Of a DNA stretch of 64,000 nt, positions 58,929 through 64,000 are shown in pieces (the stretch's first letter is position 1; every line of letters starts with the position of its first letter). The position numbers and the translations under genes are program-made. The notes under the pieces were generated by a model. That model saw only the letters and a list, made by a program, of their open reading frames with translations, did no database searches and was not told the DNA's origin. The stretch is from Candidatus Nanosyncoccus sp. (GTDB taxonomy: Bacteria > Patescibacteriota > Saccharimonadia > Saccharimonadales > Saccharimonadaceae), in assembly GCA_045589895.1 (NCBI GenBank), contig JAZNPY010000002.1, positions 34,546 to 98,545 on the forward strand. The letters run 5' to 3'.

Positions 58929-60344
58929 GATATATTTTGTTCCGGGGCCAACACCAATAACCGAAATAAGCTTATTGTTAACGAGTTCATTTAATTCTCT
59001 TCTCGCGCGACGGTCGTCATTTCGTTCATTCATATGATTTATTTCACAATATTGTTTATTAGAAATTGACCCGGTATTTTTTATATATACTAACGCGTTT
59101 TTCTGAGTATCTTTGAGATGAAATTTCTTGGAGATATTTTCAATCCAAAGCCTATCACCACTAGTGTGCGGGGAAGAGAAGAACAAAGTCGCTTTAAAAC
59201 ATCCAGATATATTTTCAAATTTAGGGGCAAGAAGACCGCGGTTCCTGGCGGCTTGATAAATAGTAGGAATACCACGAGCGGTTTTGTCGGTAATATTGCA
59301 AACTTTCAAAAATTCCATTAGATTAGGATTTCTTGATTTTGATGAGGCTTTTTCTAGGTCTTTTATGGCAACCAGACTTTCGCCAGGATTAGATAGCTCA
59401 ATTCTATCTGAGAAGAGATCAATATTTATGCAAGAGCTTTGGATTAGATAGTCTCTGTGAGCTATAGCATTGGCAAGAGCTTCGCGAATTGCTTCTTCTG
59501 GAATTATATATCTGTTTTCTCGTAGTCCAGTGCTACTATTTAGCACCGCCTCAATAGGTAATTTCGTTTTGATATATTCAAAGGCAAGTAAAAACTGAGT
59601 TTTGACATCGCCGTGAAATTCTTTTCTATCTAAGTATATCACCTCTGGGTTATCTGGCAAGGCTTTACTTGTTCCTGGAAAGACTCTAAAGTCAATGTAG
59701 ACATTATTTAGTTTTTCGTCGATCTTTTCTGGCTTCCCAAACGCAATGAGACCGAATATAGTTAAGCCTTGATCATTCTGAGCTTTAATTTTAAATAATT
59801 TAGCTTTAGTATCTTTAATGCCTACTGAATTTAGACCAGTTTTTGAGATATATTCATCGACTTTTGTTTCGTCTATTAATTCTATTGTGCTACCAGTTAC
59901 TGGCTGGTTTTCTCCACCACCAGCCGCTCCAGCAAATAGACTACGCATTTCTTCATCTGAGGCTCGTACGTTGGTAGAACCTTGGCGTATCCAAATTTGT
60001 TTTGGTCCAATTTTTTTACTATATATAGGCTTATTATAAAATTCTGATTCCGCAATCAACACCTCGATATAACCATTATGTGTACACATGGTTACTTTAG
60101 GCTTATTATTAAAAAAATTATTAGATAGCAGCGTGGATAAATCCTTCTGAAGTTTATCCATGTCAGTGGTAGGAAGATTTAATATGGATCCATCGTCCTC
60201 AATGCCAAGGAAAATTCTACCGCCATGAGAATTGGCGAAGGCTGCAATACTCTGCCACAGATCACTCGGTAATTTTGCTTTTTTCACGCCGCGACAGTCC
60301 TTAAACTCTACCTGTTCACTTTCATTAAGATTAAATTTCTTCAT
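58887..60344 (-). CDS. Schlafen/AlbA_2 domain + HATPase_c_4-like + wHTH protein (RecG C-terminal-like family)
   Basis: EQVEFK..AAFANSHGGRIFLGIEDDG; REALANAIAHRDY, SNPG, SRNPNL; C-terminal wHTH ending GPGTKY. Confidence 0.88.
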   Translation of the reverse strand: MKKFNLNESEQVEFKDCRGVKKAKLPSDLWQSIAAFANSHGGRIFLGIEDDGSILNLPTTDMDKLQKDLSTLLSNNFFNNKPKVTMCTHNGYIEVLIAESEFYNKPIYSKKIGPKQIWIRQGSTNVRASDEEMRSLFAGAAGGGENQPVTGSTIELIDETKVDEYISKTGLNSVGIKDTKAKLFKIKAQNDQGLTIFGLIAFGKPEKIDEKLNNVYIDFRVFPGTSKALPDNPEVIYLDRKEFHGDVKTQFLLAFEYIKTKLPIEAVLNSSTGLRENRYIIPEEAIREALANAIAHRDYLIQSSCINIDLFSDRIELSNPGESLVAIKDLEKASSKSRNPNLMEFLKVCNITDKTARGIPTIYQAARNRGLLAPKFENISGCFKATLFFSSPHTSGDRLWIENISKKFHLKDTQKNALVYIKNTGSISNKQYCEINHMNERNDDRRARRELNELVNNKLISVIGVGPGTKYILSGHYPDKTTPVE

Positions 60345-60411
60345 GGTGTAATTTTAGCATGTTTTTCGGGGGGTTTTCAAGATGAGAGCGTTATGATATA
60401 ATTGGTGAAGT

Positions 60412-60488
60412 GGCACGGTAGCTCAGTTGGTTAGAGCGTGGGACTCATAAGCCCAAGGTCACTGGTTCAATCCCAGTCCGTGCTACCA
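60412..60488 (+). tRNA. tRNA with CAU anticodon (elongator Met or Ile2)
   Basis: Acceptor GGCACGG/CCGTGCT (paired 1:72, so not initiator), loop CTCATAA, CCA. Confidence 0.9.
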
Positions 60489-60515
60489 TTTTTTATTTTG
60501 TGATATAATTAGATT

Positions 60516-60908
60516 ATGAGAAAAAGCAAAACTGGTTTTACGATTTTGGAACTTGTAATAGTGATTATGTTTGCATCGCTAGCGGTAGTATTATTCTTTG
60601 TGCAGAAAGCAAATGTCGATGCGATGGATCGCGACGACGATAGGAAAACCGCCATAAACGCTATGTATTATGCATTAGAGGAAGGTTTCTATACCGAGAA
60701 TGGCTATTATCCAGAAACGATTTCAGAGAAGAATTTAACTGTAATTGACCCAGCACTGTTTACAGACCCGTCCGGAATTAATCTTGGCGAAGAAGGGTGT
60801 TCTTATACTTATGATCCAGCGAACTGCGAAGATGGAAAGTGTAAGGAATATGTCCTGCGGGCAACGCTGGAAAAAGAAGAAGTCTACGTAAAGAAAAACC
60901 GAAGCTAA
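60516..60908 (+). CDS. Type IV pilin / pseudopilin-like protein
   Basis: Class III signal MRKSKTG|FTILELVIVI; C-terminal Cys pairs. Confidence 0.88.
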   Translation: MRKSKTGFTILELVIVIMFASLAVVLFFVQKANVDAMDRDDDRKTAINAMYYALEEGFYTENGYYPETISEKNLTVIDPALFTDPSGINLGEEGCSYTYDPANCEDGKCKEYVLRATLEKEEVYVKKNRS

Positions 60909-60911
60909 AAA

Positions 60912-61496
60912 CTATTTTTTCTTATTTTCCTTAGCAACATGAACTAGATGCGTGATAGCGTCTAGTTCTTTTTTCGGGATAGCGGCATATTTAAAAGTAT
61001 ACGTCGTTTCCTCGCCGACAGTAGATAGACGAATCGTGCCGATATGAAAGATATGGTCGATAAGGCCAACTTGGCGGTAGCTCACATCCTCAATGGAGGA
61101 AAGATCGATAACATTGGTCGAGCGTGAAAATAGCGAGAGTGCCTGATAATGGAAGAGGCGGTTGTTCGATACGACAAGGCGGTTGCTGCGATAGACATAC
61201 TGCGCAATAAAGGCTGCCATAACACTTACGCCAAGCAAAATGAAGATGATCAAATAGAGATATGCAACAGCGGTAGAATTCAGACCAAGTGTAGCCGAAG
61301 TATTAGCATCGGTCCACATCAAAGTAAGACATAGCGAGAGTATAAAAATCGCCAAAAATGCTAATCCCCAAATCAAGGTTAAACCAATCGGTGCACGATG
61401 AATATCAAATTCAACATATTCCCCCTCTTCAAGGTTCAAGCCAGGAAAATCTTTCTGGCTGCGGGCGTGATGAAGTTTTATCAAATCTTCTTTCAT
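60912..61496 (-). CDS. Bacterial PH-domain membrane protein
   Basis: Two TM helices followed by IDLSSIEDVSYRQ.G...IFHIGTI. Confidence 0.8.
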   Translation of the reverse strand: MKEDLIKLHHARSQKDFPGLNLEEGEYVEFDIHRAPIGLTLIWGLAFLAIFILSLCLTLMWTDANTSATLGLNSTAVAYLYLIIFILLGVSVMAAFIAQYVYRSNRLVVSNNRLFHYQALSLFSRSTNVIDLSSIEDVSYRQVGLIDHIFHIGTIRLSTVGEETTYTFKYAAIPKKELDAITHLVHVAKENKKK

Positions 61497-61561
61497 AGCC
61501 TACTCCTGCTTTTTCTAATTATATCACAAGTTGCAAAAAAAGAAAATGGTATCGTCTTAAA

Positions 61562-62596
61562 TTATTGAGATATCTGCTTGGTCTTTTCGAGATGTCTTTC
61601 GGCTTTTTTGGTGACGCGACGGCCGCGCGGAGTGCGTTCGATGAGGCCAAGTTGGAGAAGGTATGGCTCATAATAATCCTCAACGGTCGAAGCTTCGTCT
61701 CCAGTAAGGGCGGCAATAGTAGTAAGACCAACTGGGCGGTCGCCGTAATTTTCAAGCATGAGGCTCAGCATATTACGGTCGGCCGGATCAAGACCAAGAT
61801 CGTCGATTTCCATAAGGGCGAGAGATTTTTCGGCAATTTTTTGATCGATGATGCCGTCACCATTGACATCGGCATAGTCACGGACTCTTCTAACCAGGCG
61901 ATTGGCGATGCGTGGAGTGCGACGAGAGCGTGTGGCGAGGAGGTTGACTGCTTCGGGTTGAATTTTGGTATCAAGAATCGAAGATGTGCGCTCGATGATT
62001 TTTTCGATCTCGTTTTCACGATAGTACTCAAGACGATGAAGCATACCAAAACGATCACGAAGCGGACCAGCCAATGAGCCGGTTCTAGTCGTAGCACCAA
62101 TAACCGTAAAATGCGGAAGGTCAAGTCGAACACTGCGGGCGGCAGGACCTTTACCAATAACGATATCGAGTTTATAGTCTTCCATCGCAGAGTATAAGAC
62201 CTCTTCAACGGCACGGCGCAAACGATGAATTTCGTCGATAAAAAGTACATCGCCTTCTTGGAGATTGGTAAGAATACTAGCAAGATCGCCAGCACGTTCG
62301 ATTGCTGGGCCAGAGGTAACTCTTAAGTTTGCGCCAAGTTCATGAGCAATGACGTTAGCCATAGTAGTCTTACCGAGACCGGGAGGGCCATATAATAAAA
62401 TATGGTCGAGGGCGGCAGTTTTATCGTCTTTTAATCTACGTTTTTTAACAGCATCAATAGCGAGCTTGAGGTTGCTTTTCATACGTTCCTGACCAATGTA
62501 GTCCTCAAAATTCAGCGGCCTAAGGGATTTCTCGATAATTTCCTCTGTTTGGTCGTCTTCATGAATCGTAGTATCAATAACACGCTCAATTCCCAT
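61562..62596 (-). CDS. ruvB: Holliday junction DNA helicase RuvB
   Basis: LRP..FEDYIGQ, GPPGLGKTT, FIDEIHR, GATTR, RTPRGR. Confidence 0.98.
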   Translation of the reverse strand: MGIERVIDTTIHEDDQTEEIIEKSLRPLNFEDYIGQERMKSNLKLAIDAVKKRRLKDDKTAALDHILLYGPPGLGKTTMANVIAHELGANLRVTSGPAIERAGDLASILTNLQEGDVLFIDEIHRLRRAVEEVLYSAMEDYKLDIVIGKGPAARSVRLDLPHFTVIGATTRTGSLAGPLRDRFGMLHRLEYYRENEIEKIIERTSSILDTKIQPEAVNLLATRSRRTPRIANRLVRRVRDYADVNGDGIIDQKIAEKSLALMEIDDLGLDPADRNMLSLMLENYGDRPVGLTTIAALTGDEASTVEDYYEPYLLQLGLIERTPRGRRVTKKAERHLEKTKQISQ

Positions 62597-62671
62597 TTGT
62601 CTTATTATAGCTTAGCTTGATAATTTTGTCCAAGATGCTTGGGAGTGTTGATGAGGAGGTAATTTTTATGC

Positions 62672-62728
62672 TTGACAACGCTTGACTAGCTAGATATAAT
62701 AGTAGTAAGACCGACCCGGAAGGGCCGG
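62672..62728 (+). promoter_or_regulatory. nusA promoter and leader hairpin
   Basis: TTGACA-N17-TATAAT, then CCG-A-CCC-GGAA-GGG-C-CGG. Confidence 0.7.
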
Positions 62729-62753
62729 CGATTTTAATATGAAAGGATTTTAA

Positions 62754-63923
62754 ATGGAAGGTTTAGACCTGAAACAAATGGCGACGATGGTAAAAGTTAT
62801 CGCCGATGAAAAAGATTTGCCAGAAGAGACCGTGCTAGAGGTGATTGAGACTGCAATTGCAGCGGCTTGGCGACGTGATAATGGCGACCGCGACATGAAT
62901 GTGCGTGCTGAGTTGAATACGAAAACTGGCGAAGCGACGGTTTACGTCTCCCGCGAAGTAATCGAAGATGGTTTGGCTTATAATCCAGCAACTGAAATTC
63001 CTGAGGGTGAAGCTGGTGGTAAAAAAGTCGGTGAGACTGTAGAGGAAGCTTTCAAGGTTACCTCGTTTGGGCGCGTGGCCAGCATGACCGCAAAGCAAGT
63101 TGTGGTCCAGAGATTGCGCGAGGCAGAACGCGATGCCGTGCTTGCGGCGTTCGAAGATAAGGTTGGGACTGTTGTAACTGGCATGATTGCGCGTGTAGAG
63201 CCAAAACTTGTACGTATTGATATTGGTAAGGCTTCCGGTATTATGCCGAAGTCTGAACAAATCGAAGGCGAATATTATTCCGTTGGTTCGCGTATCAAGG
63301 TGATGATTAAAGAGATTGAGCGTAATGACCGCGGTGCACAGTTAATTTTGACTCGTGGCTCGGCTGAGTTTGTTGAATACCTATTCCGCCAGGAAGTACC
63401 AGAAGTTGAAAATGGAACCGTAGAAATTCGAGCAATTGCTCGTGAAGCTGGAAAGCGTACTAAGATTGCTGTGATGTCGACCGTACCAGGCGTGGATCCA
63501 GTTGGAACCTTCGTGGGTGGTCGCGGTGTACGTGTTCAGGCCGTAATGAACGAAATTGGCGATCGTGAAAAAATTGACGTAATAAACTGGAGTGACAATG
63601 CTTCTGAATATATCCGCGAGGCACTGTCTCCAGCTGAGATTTCGAAGGTTGAAATTGATGGTAAGAAGGCCAAAGTTTACGTAACTGAAGACCAGCAATC
63701 GATTGCTATTGGTCGTCAGGGGCAAAACGTCCGACTTGCCTCTAAGTTAACTGGCTACGATTTAGATATTGAGTTAGCTGAGACGCCAAAGAAAAAGAAG
63801 CGTGCAAACGTGGAAGATTCCCTGCTTTCGGCGCTTGAAGATGCGGAAGGCGAGAATGAAATTTCTGAGGATGCGGCTGAAGCTAAGGCTGAAGCGGCAG
63901 AGACCTCTGAAGAAACTAAGTAG
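62754..63923 (+). CDS. nusA: Transcription factor NusA
   Basis: FGRVASMTAKQ, S1 domain, AREAGKRTK, VGGRGVRV, AIGRQGQNVRLA. Confidence 0.98.
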   Translation: MEGLDLKQMATMVKVIADEKDLPEETVLEVIETAIAAAWRRDNGDRDMNVRAELNTKTGEATVYVSREVIEDGLAYNPATEIPEGEAGGKKVGETVEEAFKVTSFGRVASMTAKQVVVQRLREAERDAVLAAFEDKVGTVVTGMIARVEPKLVRIDIGKASGIMPKSEQIEGEYYSVGSRIKVMIKEIERNDRGAQLILTRGSAEFVEYLFRQEVPEVENGTVEIRAIAREAGKRTKIAVMSTVPGVDPVGTFVGGRGVRVQAVMNEIGDREKIDVINWSDNASEYIREALSPAEISKVEIDGKKAKVYVTEDQQSIAIGRQGQNVRLASKLTGYDLDIELAETPKKKKRANVEDSLLSALEDAEGENEISEDAAEAKAEAAETSEETK

Positions 63924-63936
63924 TAAAGCTTGTGGC

Positions 63937-63995
63937 TGTCGCTCATTTGTGATACAATTATAAGTATAAGAGTTATATATAACAGATGAGCGACA
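63937..63995 (+). repeat. 14-bp inverted repeat covering the next start codon
   Basis: TGTCGCTCATTTGT (63937-63950) / ACAGATGAGCGACA (63982-63995), 13 of 14 complementary. Confidence 0.8.
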
Positions 63996-64000
63996 AGACG

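Noticed and set aside
57991-60488. attL/attR duplication bounding the nuclease islet
   Set aside because: No copy of the tRNA-Ser 3' end was found by eye at the far side of the islet, and no integrase is present.
61565-62295. 170-aa and 176-aa alternative-frame ORFs
   Set aside because: Shadows of ruvB with no independent signals. The same applies to the other short overlapping ORFs in the track.

Overview
Gene-dense bacterial chromosome segment. The reduced gene set and gene order (uvrC-holin-like-secG-peptide SBP, class I aldolase, homodimeric GlyRS, type IV pilin) suggest Patescibacteria, most likely Saccharibacteria; this is inference, not a database result. The backbone is housekeeping (typA, uvrA/C, eno, ligA, htpX/lemA, Zn/Mn ABC transporter, hisS, trxA/B, rarA, ppa, glyS, recO, xseAB, rpmA, rplY, rnj, aspS, uppP, ruvB, nusA) with nine CCA-encoding tRNA genes. 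Accessory cargo lies beside tRNA genes: (i) a five-gene cell-surface locus between tRNA-Val and tRNA-Leu resembling WxL/DUF916 clusters or a chaperone-pilin system; (ii) an antitoxin-less PemK/MazF-like gene and a CdiA-CT-like nuclease gene, each with a promoter-driven small hairpin RNA at its 3' end; (iii) miniature tRNA-3'-end duplications at tRNA-Lys and tRNA-Cys; (iv) a Schlafen/AlbA_2-ATPase plus HNH nuclease islet with 11-bp repeats. At least 23 genes have a -10 hexamer 6-7 nt before the start codon and no Shine-Dalgarno, indicating pervasive leaderless transcription. An unannotated 34-aa ORF with its own promoter, structured leader and terminator is also present. No integrase, transposase, CRISPR array, rRNA or prophage structural genes were seen. 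Family assignments come from motif recognition by eye; no searches were run.
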